From Mobula hypostoma (Eukaryota): DNA of 64,000 bases. Within the stretch, counting starts at the first letter, position 1. Each line of letters starts with the position of its first letter. The stretch lies in the NCBI RefSeq assembly GCF_963921235.1, contig NC_086108.1, positions 22,754,001-22,818,000 on the forward strand. The letters run 5' to 3'. Positions 45,170 through 57,714 of the stretch are shown here, piece by piece. Under the pieces are notes generated by a model. The model had not been told where the DNA came from, made no database searches, and worked only from the letters and a program-made list of their open reading frames with translations. A program made the position numbers and the translations under genes.

Positions 45170-45390
45170 AGAGACACGAGAAAGATGCTGGAATCTGGAG
45201 CAGAAAAACAAATTGCTGAAAGAAAAATGGGCCAGATAGGATCTGTCAGGGGAGGGGGGAATGTGCAGTCATTGTTTCAAGTCCCTTGAAACCCTTGAGA
45301 TGCAAATGCAGGCCCCAAATGCCAACCAAATTTTCCCTCCAGAGATGCTTATTGACCTGCTATGTTCCTCCAGAAAATTTGTTTTTCACT
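45170..45390. mobile_element. Degraded Penelope-terminus fold-back element
   Basis: AGATGCTGGAATC on the left arm; AGAGATGCT...CCTGCTATGTTCCTCCAG on the right arm. Confidence 0.45.
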
Positions 45391-46399
45391 CTGCTAAATC
45401 TGCTCATTCAGTGCTCCCAGTGTATTGGGTTAATTTAATATAAATTATTATTTAGTTCTTACAGTATGATGTCCGATTCTACTCTCCATCCTTTGGGTAG
45501 GGTGAAGAAAGGATTCATGGATCATTGTTCTGGGATGTTGTGTTATACTGTTTAATTTTTAATTTGAGTCATAAATGCACCTTATGCTAAATGTTAATCT
45601 TCTGGAATATATTTTATTATTTGTTCATTTATTTGCAGTAATATTACTTTATGTGGTGTGTATGAGTTATATGCACACTTGGTCCAGAAGGAGCATTGTT
45701 TCATTTGGCGGTGTACATGTAATGGTTGAATGATAATAAGCTTAAACTTGTTTTTCTGTAGAGATGGGAAAAGCAGGGATTGTTTCTCTCAGAGCTGATA
45801 GGATTTGGGCGGAAGGGAGCTTGGGCTGTTACATGACTGAGATGGGGGTGTAGGGTGTTTATATTTAAAATCAAAAAGGGGTTAGTGAAGTTAATTGGAA
45901 AACTGTTTCTGCAGAAGTAAAGAAGAATGAGTAGCCAGAGGACTTATGTTTAAAAAAAAGTCAAGAGGAGAATATCTTTAATGTAGCCTGTTACAGTAAT
46001 CTGGAAAGTAATGCGAGATGGAGGTTGGAAGCAGATTCAAAAGCTATTTGCCTCAGAGGATTAAATCTCTGTATAAAAAAAGGGAAACATTGCAGGGCTG
46101 TGGGGAAGGGCAGGGAAGAAGACTAACTGCTCACTTCATTCAAAGAGCTGCTGTAGGCATCAGGAAGCCAATGGATGACTCCTGTATATTGTGGCTCTGT
46201 GAATCTATGTGGCGTTGTAAAATGCAGTCGCTGAGAAATTGCTGCACTCCAGCTTTGAAGTTGAACTCATGCTGTGGGACACCCAAATGCATTTGTGAAA
46301 GCTGTGACTCTTTGGTCACAGGACACACAGAAAAGGGATATGCGCTCTCCTTCGCAGTGCCCTGCTGAAAGTATATCTATCTATCTATCTATCTATCGA

Positions 46400-46862
46400 T
46401 TTGTTCCCCCGTTACAAATCAGTACTATGAAATTACAGACAGTACACCATATGCAATTAAACGATTTAGCTTTATAATTCATAATTTGATTAAAGGGTTA
46501 GAAAAGTAAAACAAAAGAAAAGGGCCCATTTTAATGGAACAGCCTAATGTGCACAAGTTGGAGCTCATGGTTTCCGTTTCACCAATCCTCCATCGATTTC
46601 CACAGGTTTTGCCAACTCCTGGCCCCACCCCGTCCACTCCTTTCTGGTGTCTACAGTCTCTCCTTTCTGGCATCTTCTCTCTCTACTCTCCGCCAAACAA
46701 AAGACCCAGATCACCTCAATGTCGGGCACACAGCACGAAAACACAGTCCCCTCATTGGACGGCTCATATTCCAAAGCACCCATTATCTCTCACCATAACT
46801 GAAACACTGCTTCTACAGAAAGACCATTACATTAGCAGTGAAACCTTTCTCAGGGTGTTACA
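46400..46862 (-). mobile_element. Probable solo LTR, 3'-truncated; same family as 25936-26450
   Basis: Reverse complement starts TGTAACACCCTGAGAAAGGTTTCACTGCTAATGTAATGGTCTTTCTGT; truncated at a (CTAT)n run at ~46376-46397. Confidence 0.65.
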
Positions 46863-46955
46863 CCTGTAACATGGGCTTGGTTATGTTGCACCATTGTGAT
46901 TGAGTTCAAACTAGCAGACCAGACTGATGATGTCACTTAGCAGATCAAATATGGT

Positions 46956-47448
46956 AAACACGAGGAATTCTGCAGATGCTGGAAATTCAAGCAACACACA
47001 TCAAAGTTGCTGGTGAACGCAGCAGGCCAGGCAGCATCTCTAGGAAGAGGTACAGTCGACGTTTCGGGCCGAGACCCTTTGTGGGGACTAACTGAAGGAA
47101 GAGATAGTAAGAGATTTGAAAGTGGGAGGGGGAGGGGGAGATCCAAAATGATAGGAGAAGACAGGAGGGGGAGGGATGGAGCCAAGAGCTGGACAGGTGA
47201 TTGGCAAAAGGGATATGAGAGGATCATGGGACAGGAGGCCCAGGGAGAAGGAAAAGTGGGGGGGGGGGGAAACCCAGAGGATGGGCAAAGGGTATAGTCA
47301 GAGGGACAGAGGGAGAAAAAGGAGAGAGAGAGAAAGAATATGTGTATATAAATAAATAACAGATGGGGTATGAGGGGGAGGTGGGGCATTAGTGAAAGTT
47401 AGAGAAGTCAATGTTCATGCCATCAGGTTGGAGGCTACCCAGACGGAA
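46956..47448 (-). mobile_element. Penelope-like element 3' part (family A), relatively young
   Basis: Minus strand encodes FRLGSLQPDGMNIDFSNFH* (GIY-YIG-type ORF end), then a CT-rich UTR and the hammerhead-bearing terminus. Confidence 0.85.
47053..47090 (-). ncRNA. Minimal type I hammerhead motif with intact helix II and GAAAC-GUC but a mutated CUGANGA box
   Basis: Reverse complement TAGTC-CCCACAA-A-GGGT-CTCG-GCCC-GAAAC-GTC-GACTG. Confidence 0.6.
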
Positions 47449-47828
47449 GACACGGTACATCATTAAAGACCCCTCACACCCTCTCCATGAACTGTTTGTT
47501 CTTCTGCCATCAGGCAAACGTCACAGGAGCATCAAAACTAAAACTACAAGGCTACTAAACAGCTTCCTTCCACAGGCAGTCAGACTGCTAAATAGTTGCT
47601 CTACCTGACTCTGCTTTGGACACTTTTAACTTGCACTGGACACTTATAACTGATTTAACTGACATGTGGCTGTTGTGTTTTACTATTTATTGTTATGTTT
47701 ATTATTTAGTGTTGCATTTGTTATGTTATGATTGCACTGCTCCAGGGAAACGCTGTCTCATTTTGCCCTGCAGAGCTGATGTACGGTTAGAATGACAATA
47801 AAGTTTTTTGAATCTTTGAATCTTTGAA
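47449..47828 (+). mobile_element. Rex1/Babar-like LINE 3' fragment
   Basis: IIKDPSHPLHELF.LLPSGKR...TTRLLNSFLPQAVRLLN; (TTTGAATC)n tail. Confidence 0.85.
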
Positions 47829-50729
47829 AGAAGGGGACCAGTGAAAGAAGCTACCAAGAGACCTGTGACAGCTCTGGAGGGGTTACAAGCTTCAGTGGCT
47901 GAGATGGGAGAGACTGCACATACAATAACTGTTGCCCGGTGCTTCACCAGTCACAGCTTTATGGGAGAGTGACAAAGGGAAAGCCACTGTTGAAAAAAAA
48001 ACTCACATGAAATCTCAGCTAGTTTGCCAGAAGGCATATGGGAGACTCTGAAGTCAGCTGGAAGAAGGTTATATGGTCTGATGAAACCAAAACTGAGCTT
48101 TTTGCCATCAGACTATATGGTATGTTTGGCACCGTCATCAAAAGCACGCCATCCCTACCATGAAGCATGGTGGTAGCTACATTATGCTATGGGGATGCTT
48201 CACTGCAGCAGGCCCTGGAAGGCTTGTGAAGGTAGAGGATAAATTGAATGCAGCAAAATACAGGGAAATCCTGGAGGAAACCTTGCTGCAGTCTACAAGA
48301 GAACTGAGACTTGGGAGAAGATTTGTTTTCCAGCAAGATAATGACATAGCTGACAAGGGAAGTTGAAGACTGCATAAAAGCCAAAGAAAGGGCATATAAT
48401 GTAGCAAAAGTGACTGGGAAGTTGGATGATTGGGAAGCTTTTAAAATCCAATAAAAGGCAACTAAAAAAAGCTATAAGGGAAAAAATGAAATATGAGGGC
48501 AAACTAGTCAATAATATAAAGTAGGATACTTAACATTTTTTCAGTTATATTAAGAGTAAAAGGGAGGTGAGAGTTGATGTTGGACCACTGGAAAATGATG
48601 CTGATGAGGTAGTAATGTGGGACAAAGAAATGATAGAGGAACTTAATGAGTACTTTGCATCAGTCTTCAATGTAGAAGATACTAGCTGTGTGCCAGAGGT
48701 CTGCTAGTGTCAGGGAACAGGAGTGAGTGCCATTGCTATTACAAAGGAAAAAGTGCAACTGAAAGGTCTTATGGTGGATAAGTCACTTGGACCAGATGGA
48801 CTACATCCTTGAGTTCTGAAAGAGATTGCTGAAGAGATAACAGATACATTGGTCATGATCTTTTAAGAATCACTTGATTCTAGAATGGTCACGGAGGACT
48901 GAAAAATTGCAAATGTCACTCCACTCTTTAAGAAGGGAGGAAGGCAAAAGAAAGGAAATTATAGGCCAGTTAGCCTAACCTCAGTGGTTAGGAAAGTGTT
49001 GGAGTCTATTATTAAAGATGAGGTTTCGGGGTACTTGGATACTAATGATAATATGTCAACATCAGCATAGTTTCATTCAAGGGAATTCTTGCCAGACAAA
49101 TCTGTTAGAGTTCTTTGAGGAAGTAACCAGCAGGGTGGACCAAGGAGAGGTAGTGGATGTCATTTACTTGGATTTTCAAAAGGCAATTGATAAGGTGCCA
49201 CACATGAGGCTGCTTAACAAGGTAAAATCCTATGGTGTTACAAGAAAGATACTGTCATAGATAGAGGAATGGCTGACAGGCGGGAGGCAGTGAGAGGGAA
49301 TAAAAGGGGCCTTTTCTGGTTGGCTGCCAGTGACTAGAGGTTTTCCTCAGGGGTCAGTATTGGAATCACTACTTATCACATTGTTTGTCAATGATTTGGA
49401 TAATGGAATTAATGGCTTTATGGCAAAGTTTGTGGATGATACAAAGACAGGTGGAGGGGTAGGTAATGCTGAGGATGCAATGCGATTGTAGCAAAACTTG
49501 GAAAAATTGGAAGAATGGACAAAAATGGCAGATGGAATACAGTGTTGGGAAATGTATCATAATGCATGTTGGTAAAAAGAATAATAGTGTGAAGGTAAAG
49601 AAGGCAATTTATTTGAAGGGGAATAGAATATAAAAGCAAGGAGATAAACTGAGGATTTATAAGACATTAGTCAGGGTGTACTTGGAGTATTGTCAACAGT
49701 TTTGGGCCAAATATCTCAGAAAGGATGTGTTGCCATTGGAGAGAGTCCAGAGGAGGTTCACGAAAATTATTCTGGGAATGAAGGGGTTAACATATGAGAA
49801 GCATTTGGCAGCTTTGGGCCTGTACTCACTCGAACTTAGAAGAATGCAGGAGGATCTCATTGAAACCTACTGAATGTTAAAAGGACTAGATAGGGTGGAT
49901 GTGGAGAGGATGTTTCCTACAGTGGGAGTATCCAGAAGTAGAGGGCACAGCCTCAAGACTGAGGGGTAACCTTTTAGAACAGAGTTAAGGAGTAATTTTT
50001 TTAGCCAGAGAGTAGTGATCTGTGGAATGCTCTACCCACAGACTGCGGTGGAGGCCCCTTGGGTGTACTTAAAGCAGAAGTTGATAGTTTTCTGATTGGT
50101 TAGGGCATCAAAGGATATGGCAAAAAGGCAGATGTATAGGGCTGAGTAAGATCTGGGAAGGCCATGATGGAATGGCGGTGTAGACGCTATGGGTTGAATA
50201 GCCTAATTCTGCTCCTGTGTCTTATGGTCTTATAGACCCCAAGCGTAAAGCCAAAGCTACACAAGAGTGGCTGAAAAACAACAAGGTTAATGTCCTGGAG
50301 TGGCCAAGTTACAGTCCAGACCTCAATCCATTTGAAAATTTGTGGCTGGACTTGAAAAGGGCTGTTCACTCATGATCCCCATGCAATCTGACAGAGCTTG
50401 AGCAGTTTTGTCAAGAAGAGTGGAGGAAAATTGCAGTGTCCAGACATGCAAAGCTGGTAGAAACCTAGCCACACAGACTCAAGGCTGTAATTGGTGCCAA
50501 AGGTGTATCTACTAAATACTGACTTGAGAATAATTATACAATTAATTATTTTGTGTTTAATAACTGTAATAAGTTTAGACGAATTTGTAGAAATTTGTTT
50601 TCACTTAGACATGAAAGAGTCTTTTCTGTTGATCAGTGGCAAAAAAGCCAAATTAAATCCACTGTGATTCAATGGTGTAAAAACTTCCCGGGGGGGGGGG
50701 GTGGAGGTGAATGCTTTTTATAGTCACTG
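47829..50729 (+). mobile_element. Tc1-like DNA transposon, left part missing, split by a CR1
   Basis: WSDETK, KHGG.YIMLWGCF, FQQDND|PK, WPS.SPDLNP.ENLW (DD34E); right end TAGTCACTG|TA. Confidence 0.9.
48346..50233 (+). mobile_element. Degraded CR1 (family C) inserted in the Tc1 transposase
   Basis: NYRPVSL and YLDFQKA with many stops; tail TCTTATGGTCTTATA; GAC repeated at both junctions. Confidence 0.9.
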
Positions 50730-50859
50730 TATAAAAGACAAAACACTAAAATTTGGAACTGTGAGTCATAGTGAAGTGTTGGAAGTAACAGCTTAGGTAG
50801 AGTCAACTTTTTAGGATGGAATAGAGGCAACAGTTTAGAGTGGAATGCAATATAGTATC

Positions 50860-51180
50860 ATTGAGCCATAGGGTTATACACATGGAAACAGGTCCTTCAG
50901 CCTTTGAGCCAACGTTGACTACCAATCACTCACTTAGACCAATCCATACTAATTCCATTTTATTCTCATTAGCTGCCCCAGGATTCTACCACTCCCCTTC
51001 ACAGGTGCGATTTACTGTGTTCACATACCAACCCACACGTGTTTAGATTTGGGAGGAAACCAGAGAAGCTAGAGGAAACCAATGTGATCATAGAAAGAAC
51101 ATGCAGTCTCTCAACAGACAGCACTGGAGTCCAAGATTGAACCCAGCAGTGAATTAATGGCTCTAGTAGGTGCACCACGG
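50860..51180 (-). mobile_element. V-SINE
   Basis: GGGAGGAAACCAGAG...GGAAACC, CAAGATTGAACCC and a CR1-like tail GGAAACAGGTCCTTCAGCC. Confidence 0.65.
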
Positions 51181-51679
51181 AGCTGCTCTCGGTAAAATGA
51201 ATCTTGGAATTTTGGAAGTTGTGTAGGGTGATACAGTGTGTAATCCGTTCTCCATAATGAGAGCAGGTATGGTGAAACTGTTTTGCCTCTTACATCTGAC
51301 CAGTCATTCATAGCATAATATTCAAAACATGCAAAATGAGTAGGGTTCCTTTTCCAAGCAGCAGGTTCAATCCTAGCAACAGTCAGGGACACCAAGAGTG
51401 AGATCAAATGGCTGTGTTAACAATCCATAAATCAAGAAAGAAGTAATTTCTGAGTAAAGTCTTGGATTAGAATCTTCTTTATTGATTAATATGGAAATAG
51501 TTTGTAGTCTTGTTCAAAAATATAATCCCCAGAAAATATTTGCCTCTAGATTACAATTTTTCAAATTAATATTGAGTTTGCTTCAATGCGTGGGGAATTC
51601 CGTTAGAGAAAATTGAGTAACATAAGAAAGAAGCAGACTCTTTAGTCACCCAGCTGGTGTCATTTGCACTCATTCCATC

Positions 51680-51870
51680 ATTTATTCACCCCACATCCCC
51701 ATCAACTCCCTCTTATCTACACATTAATGTCACTTTATAATAGCCTTTGGGGTGAGCAGCAGTGGAGAGAGACCCACAGAGTCACAGGGTGAATCTGTGG
51801 ACTCCACACAGATAGCACCAAAGGTCAGTATTGATCCCAGGTCATTGGAGCTGTGAAGAAGCTGTGCTGT
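51680..51870 (-). mobile_element. V-SINE, partial
   Basis: ACTCCACACAGATAGCACCAAAGGTCAGTATTGATCCCAGG. Confidence 0.55.
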
Positions 51871-52024
51871 CCAAGTAGGCTTTAAATTTACCTCAAAACT
51901 GAAATCGTGGACGTGTTAGAGAATTGTCAGACATGGCCCATCTTTTAGGGGTAACAGAGTTAGGATAGCAAGTACCAACAAGAACTAATCAGTATTCAAA
52001 AAATAAGAGTTAGAACGTAGAAGG

Positions 52025-52418
52025 AACATAGAAAACCTATAGCACGTTACAGGCCCTTCAGCCCACAAAGCTGTGCTGAACATGTCCTTACCTTAGAAAT
52101 TACCTAGGGTTACCCATAGCCCTCTATTTTTCTGAGCTCCATTAACTGTCCAGGAATCTCTTAAAATACCCTATTGTTTCCACCTCCACCACCATTGCTG
52201 GCAGCCCATTCCACTCACTCACCACTCTCTGCGTAAAAAAACTTACCCCTGACATCTCCTCTGTACCGACCTCCAAGCACCTTAAAACTGTGTCCTCTTG
52301 TGCTAACCATTTCAGCCCTGGGAAAAAGCCTCTGACTATCCACACAATCAATTCCTCGCATCATCTTATACACCTCTATCAGGTCACCTCTCATCCTCTG
52401 TCACTCCAAGGAAAAAAG
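52025..52418 (-). mobile_element. CR1 3' fragment (same family as 60241-63995)
   Basis: FFTQRVVSEWNGLP; 3' end matches 60241-60575. Confidence 0.88.
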
Positions 52419-53469
52419 TCATTGAAATGTAGAGTAAAGACAGCAATCTGTTTTCAAATTAGGTGGCCACAGTGCACAGACTGCTGTACCACAGCGGGGG
52501 GCTGGCTGGTCAAGATATGGTCTGTAAACATACAACTGAGACATTTTTGTCTGCATCGGCCAAACATAAAGCAATAGATATATGTTAATCCATATCAGAC
52601 AACACATCTATAACTAAGCTATTTTGCACCCTTCTTCCAGGGATTAAGGAGGGCTACCTGACCAGAACAGCCTAAATTCTGTCACTTACCATATCAAAAT
52701 AGGCATATTTGCTCAATCAAATAATTGGTATATTTGTGTACTCTGACAGTCAGCCCTCACAAAACTAATGTAGGCTGATTGGCTCTCTTTCCTCGGAAGG
52801 TTTTTAGACCATCAGGTGAATTACTTTGTCCCAGCAAAGGTGTTTGAACATACAGAGATGTCTTGTCAGTTACAATGTGCTTCCACTGTAAATTTTAGTG
52901 GAACCATTTGTCAAACAGAAAATATAGAATTTGTATTGAATCACCCATTGCTTCCATTGTCCTTAAAAGTATAAAGTCTTCTTGTACTTTGAGTTTGGGA
53001 GACTCTCCCCAGAAGGTCTTCAAGAGCATGTCTGCTTGTTGTGATGAAGGAAGACTGCAAGAGAACCTCAGTGGGTTGAACAGCACGTGTGTGAGGAAAG
53101 GCATTGCCGATGTTTTGGGTTGATATTGATAAAGTTTATTATTGTCACATGCACCAAGACCCAGTGAAAAGCTTATCTTGTACACTGTTCATACAGATCA
53201 AATCATTACACCGTGCTTTCATGGTAAAACAATAACAATGCAGAATTGTCACAAATCCTGCATTTGGACTGTTCTCTTTGCTATTTAATTAGTTATTTGT
53301 CAAAACTATGACTCCGAATAGATGCCAGATCCATTTGGATAAAATATTTAATGCTGGTCTGGTATTGTAGAACCAAATTTTTGAATAGTTTCTGCTTACT
53401 GATACCATGCAGGCTGCACTCTGCAGCTATACAACAGTGAAGAACAATACAGCTCTTCAAATTCTGATC

Positions 53470-54380
53470 CATTCATTTATTTATCATGTACATCTGAACA
53501 TACTGTGAAATGTGTCATTTGCATTAACAACCAACACAACCTAAGAATGCGATGGGGGCAGCCCAGAGGTGTCACCTCACATTCCGGCACTAGTACAGCA
53601 TACCCACAATGCTCGGCAGAGCAATACACAGCACAACAAGCAACAAAACAACAACAGCAAAACAAGCCTCGATCCTCCCATTTACCAAAGCACCCACACA
53701 CATACACAGTCCTCCAACCTCAGGGCAAGCTGTCTTCGGCTTCCAGCAGGCTCATAGATTAAAAGACATTGGGCTTTGATTTTCACAGTAGTCTCACAGA
53801 CCGGGCCATCTGTAGATTTCCAGACTTCCAATCAACCTTTCGGCTCTGATCTTCAGTATCAACTCCAGGGCTCCCAGGACTCACCTTTGACAATGAATGA
53901 GAGCTCTGAATATGGACACTAAACATGAGGCTTTGAGCTCTGGACTTACTGATAATGTGACTCTGAATACTAGGCATCAAACTACAGACTCACTGGTGTT
54001 GGGACCTCGAACATTAGGCCTCGAAATCTGGACTAGGGGGTCAGGACCCTCGTGCCTCCTCTCTGAATGGTACTCTGATCCCGGAGTCCGCTGATGACTT
54101 GCGGACCTCGGGTGGGGAGGGGGGTGGTTCTCAGGGCATCAACCCTTGTCCTTGCTGATCTGCTGGCCTGCCATCCAGACCTGGCTTTCCCTCATTCAAG
54201 TTGCTGGCCTTCGAACGTGGAGCAAATAATCAGACTCCAGCATAACCTCTAATTTCCTCTTATACCTGTCCCCGAACCCTAACCTGACCCCATAACTTCC
54301 TTCACTGTCCCTCAAACCATCCATACAAACCTAAAAAAATCTAAGTCTGACCCATGACCTCGAGAGAGACTGCAGGTCTT
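53470..54380 (-). mobile_element. Unclassified non-coding retroposon-like repeat
   Basis: AATAAA-type LINE-like 3' end on the minus strand; internal degenerate GGACTCAC/GGCCT-type repeats. Confidence 0.4.
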
Positions 54381-54796
54381 GATCAGACTTCAACTGGTGC
54401 AGAGCCCAGGGAGTGGGGATTTGAGTATAATTCTGTATATACAAAAGCCTCAATGTATAATGAGTATTTTTTTGAAGTAACTCCATGAATTATGGCATTC
54501 CAGTTAGGAATTGATTTTGCATTTGGAGCAAAAAGAGCTTCCACCATTGCTGATGCACACACTAAGCTATCATCAATGTACTGCTGAGCGCCTGCCTGCA
54601 GTAAACAGATTCCTGAGGGAAGGGCTGCAAATCATCTTCACAGCACTTCATATTTATTGCCTTGTGTGGTTGTCCTTGGAGGCTGTCATTGAGAAAATAC
54701 ATCTGAACATACTCTGAGGGAAGCCACGGAAATGCCAGCAGACAATGGCGCAAGGCATTTGTTTGCAGGCTTGGTGTGGTTCTGGCTGTGAGAGGG

Positions 54797-54860
54797 ATGG
54801 GTGCAGGCTGCTTCCTTGTGGCTGGGCTGTTCTTTGTGTACTTTCTGTCTCTGACTGGGA
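54797..54860 (+). CDS. Candidate signal-peptide (leader) exon of an unidentified secreted or membrane protein
   Basis: GGGATGG start context; MGAGCFLVAGLFFVYFLSLTG plus 1 nt, then GTAAGT donor at 54861 (phase 1); apparently non-repetitive context. Confidence 0.45.
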
Positions 54861-55796
54861 GTAAGTTACCAGCTGTCCTGCACACTGGAACTGGCACTCG
54901 GTCTGGAGCGAGTGGGGTCCAAATGTGTGTTGGAATCTTCAAAGCACAGCAGAATCCATATGTGATCAACAAATTTAATAAACAGCTCAATGCACTATTC
55001 TTCTCTGGTGAGATTCCTGCAGGCAAATCGTTGGCACACTGATGTTGCAAAATTTGTTGATCCAAGAGCACAGCTAAAATGACAGCTGCACATTTAATTT
55101 TGTGTTGTAGTTTATCTAAAATGCAACTTTATGTTTACAACAACAGTACTTTGGATACTGAGACCTCACTGTTCTCTGTGTTGACTTGGTTTACCTCAAT
55201 TCCCAGCGGTTGCCCTGAACAAATTTACCTTCACAATGGCACGAGGAATGAGAATAAAGGGAGGTAAGAATTGGAAGGAGGGGGTATACAGACAGTTTTT
55301 CAAACCTGCCTACCATTCAATCAGTTTGAGGCCAGTGTTTGCCAATCATTTTCTTCTCCATTCCCTGGATTCTCTGATATGCTTGTGACCAATAATATGT
55401 TGGTCTCTCGCTTGAAAAAAACAAAATGGCTGAACATTCTCACTCTTTGTTAGGAACATCAAACCCTCAGTATTAGGAAATCTATCCTCTTCACACTTCC
55501 AAGTGGGCAAATCCTTATCTTGAAATTATGTCCCCTTATTCTATACTTTCATCTAACCCGTTTTATGCCATGGGCCAATGCCATTAAGCAAGGGGTCTGT
55601 TGACGATTGGTTGGGGACCCCTGATCTGAAGGAAACAGACTCTCAACTTCTCTCCTCCAGTCCCTCTCAGAGCTTGTGTGAAGGAAATGACCCTAAAGTT
55701 ATTATGAAAGCCTTGGAATTATTGCCAAATATTTTTATCTGGTTCGTAACTGAATTATAACTTGACATCAATTTTTTTGGTACAAGATCAGGACTT

Positions 55797-56012
55797 TAAA
55801 CACAGAAAAGGCTGGAAACACCCAGCAGGTCAGGCAGCATCTATGAAGAGAAGCAGAGTTAATGCTTCAGTTCAAAAACCCTTTGCAAGAACTCTGAAAC
55901 TGAAACATTAATTCTGTTTTGGTTTCATTGGTTGCTGCCTGATCTGTAGCATTCATACCAGCATTTTCTGATTTTATTTCAGGTTTTCAGCATCTGCAGC
56001 ATTTTGATTTTC
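55797..56012. mobile_element. Degraded Penelope-terminus fold-back element
   Basis: GCTGGAAACACCCAGCAGGTCAGGCAGCATC pairs with TGCTGCCTGATCTG...CCAGCATTTTCTG; ends CAGCATCTGCAG. Confidence 0.6.
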
Positions 56013-56059
56013 ACCATCAGGACTTCATTGAATGCATGGTAATAGAATGAGACTTTCAT

Positions 56060-56415
56060 AAGGTCATAGAGTCATAATAGCATGGAAACAGGCCATTCGG
56101 CCCACCACATCCATTCTGACCAGTGGACACATCTATATTAATCCCATATTCCAGCACGTGGCCCATAGCCAAGGTGATTCAACTGCTTGTATGGAAATTT
56201 CTTAAATTTTGCTAGTGACTCTGTTTTCACCACTCTATGCGGGAGTGGGTTCTAGGTACTCACCACTCTCTGTGTGAAAATGGTTATTCTCAGAACCCGT
56301 CTAAATCTCCTATTCCTTATCCTACACCTATGCCATCCGATTTTATCTACCTTGAATACAGGGAAAATTTCCTGCAGTCTACCTTATCTATATCCCTCAT
56401 GATTTTAAATACTTC
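56060..56415 (-). mobile_element. Old CR1 3' fragment
   Basis: GGAAACAGGCCATTCGGCCCAC tail and CACCACTCTCTGTGTGAAAA. Confidence 0.75.
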
Positions 56416-56419
56416 ATAC

Positions 56420-56960
56420 ACTTAGGTGTGCCTGTACACCTGCTCAGTTATGTAAATACCTAATCAGCCAATCATGTTGTAGCAACTCAGTACATAAAAG
56501 CATGTAGACATGGTCAAGAGGCTCAGTTGTTGTTCAGACCAAACATCAGAATGGGGAAGAAATGTGATCTTAGTGACTTTGACTGTGGAGAAATTATTGA
56601 TGCTAGATGGGGTGGTTTGAGTATTTCAGAAACCACTGACCTCCTGGGATTTTCAGACACAACAGTCTGAAGTTTACACACAAGAGTTTACAGAGAAAGG
56701 AGCGAAAAACAAAAAAAAAATCCAGTGAGTAGCAGTTCTGTGGGTGAAAATGTTTTGTTAATGAGAGAGGTCAGAGGAGAATGGCCAAACTGGTTCAAGC
56801 TGACAGGAAGGTGACAGGAACAAATAACCTTACTTTACAACAGTAATGTGCATAAAAGCATCTCTGAATTCACAACTTTGAAGTGGATGTCGAACTTTGA
56901 AGCAGGTGGACTACAGCAGTAGAAGACCACAAACAGGAGGTGGCTAATAAAGTGGTCACA
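56420..56960 (+). mobile_element. Non-autonomous Tc1-like element (N-terminal HTH remnant)
   Basis: MGKKCDLSDFDCGEIIDARWGGLSISETTDLLGFS from 56551; CTAATAAAGTGGTCAC TIR-like end. Confidence 0.75.
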
Positions 56961-57714
56961 TTCACTCCTACAAAAAGCAGAACTGGATTTTTCTCTCTTT
57001 CCTCTTTCAGTAATTGTTCTTTCTTATCATTCTTATGTGTTGTTGATGCTATTCGTTAAAATGCTATGAAGGGACGTTTACCATATTAAGTGATTTTCCA
57101 TCCCAAGGACAAAACTGACTTGTGGGCATCTGATATAAACAGAAGCCACTCATTACCCAGAGATGACCTGTATTTTATTATCATCATCGATCAGTGTCAG
57201 CCATCGGATTCCAAGATCACCTGCATCTATTGTGTCCAGCAGGGAACACGACTGGTGCCTTTGAAATGTTCCTCTTCTTCTGTGACATATGTGTATAAAA
57301 TATCATATAGAAACAACTTAATGCAAGTCCCCTGCACTGTGGCAGTATGGTATGCACTTTCAAGTGCTAATTAATATCCAGGGATCTCAACTTTTGGGTT
57401 CTTGCTTGACATTTTTGGAACCTTTGGTCTTGAGAAAGGCAAAAGGTCACTTCAGCAGCCCTTCCTTGGAGAACACTCTTCAACCACATGGGAAAAAGAA
57501 TTAACTTCCTGAGAGTTACCTGACGTGTTAAAATCAAATCCAGCTCTGCCATTTCTTGCAAGCATCTTTCAGATCACAATTCTGTTGGAATCTGATGGTT
57601 TTACATAGAGTTAAATTTGAGTTTATTCTCAAGCATTGTACATATATGCTCAGGTGCAATTAAAAAAATTACTTGCAGCAGCTTAAACGTAAGAGATTCT
57701 GAATACAGCACATC

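Noticed and set aside
54562..55071. 169-aa minus-strand ORF
   Set aside because: No recognisable domain, non-ATG start, and it overlaps the better-supported plus-strand leader candidate.
57011..57070. Strong acceptor (CTCTTTCAG at 57010) as exon 2 for the 54797 leader
   Set aside because: The phase-1 frame reaches TGA after about 19 codons with no donor seen.
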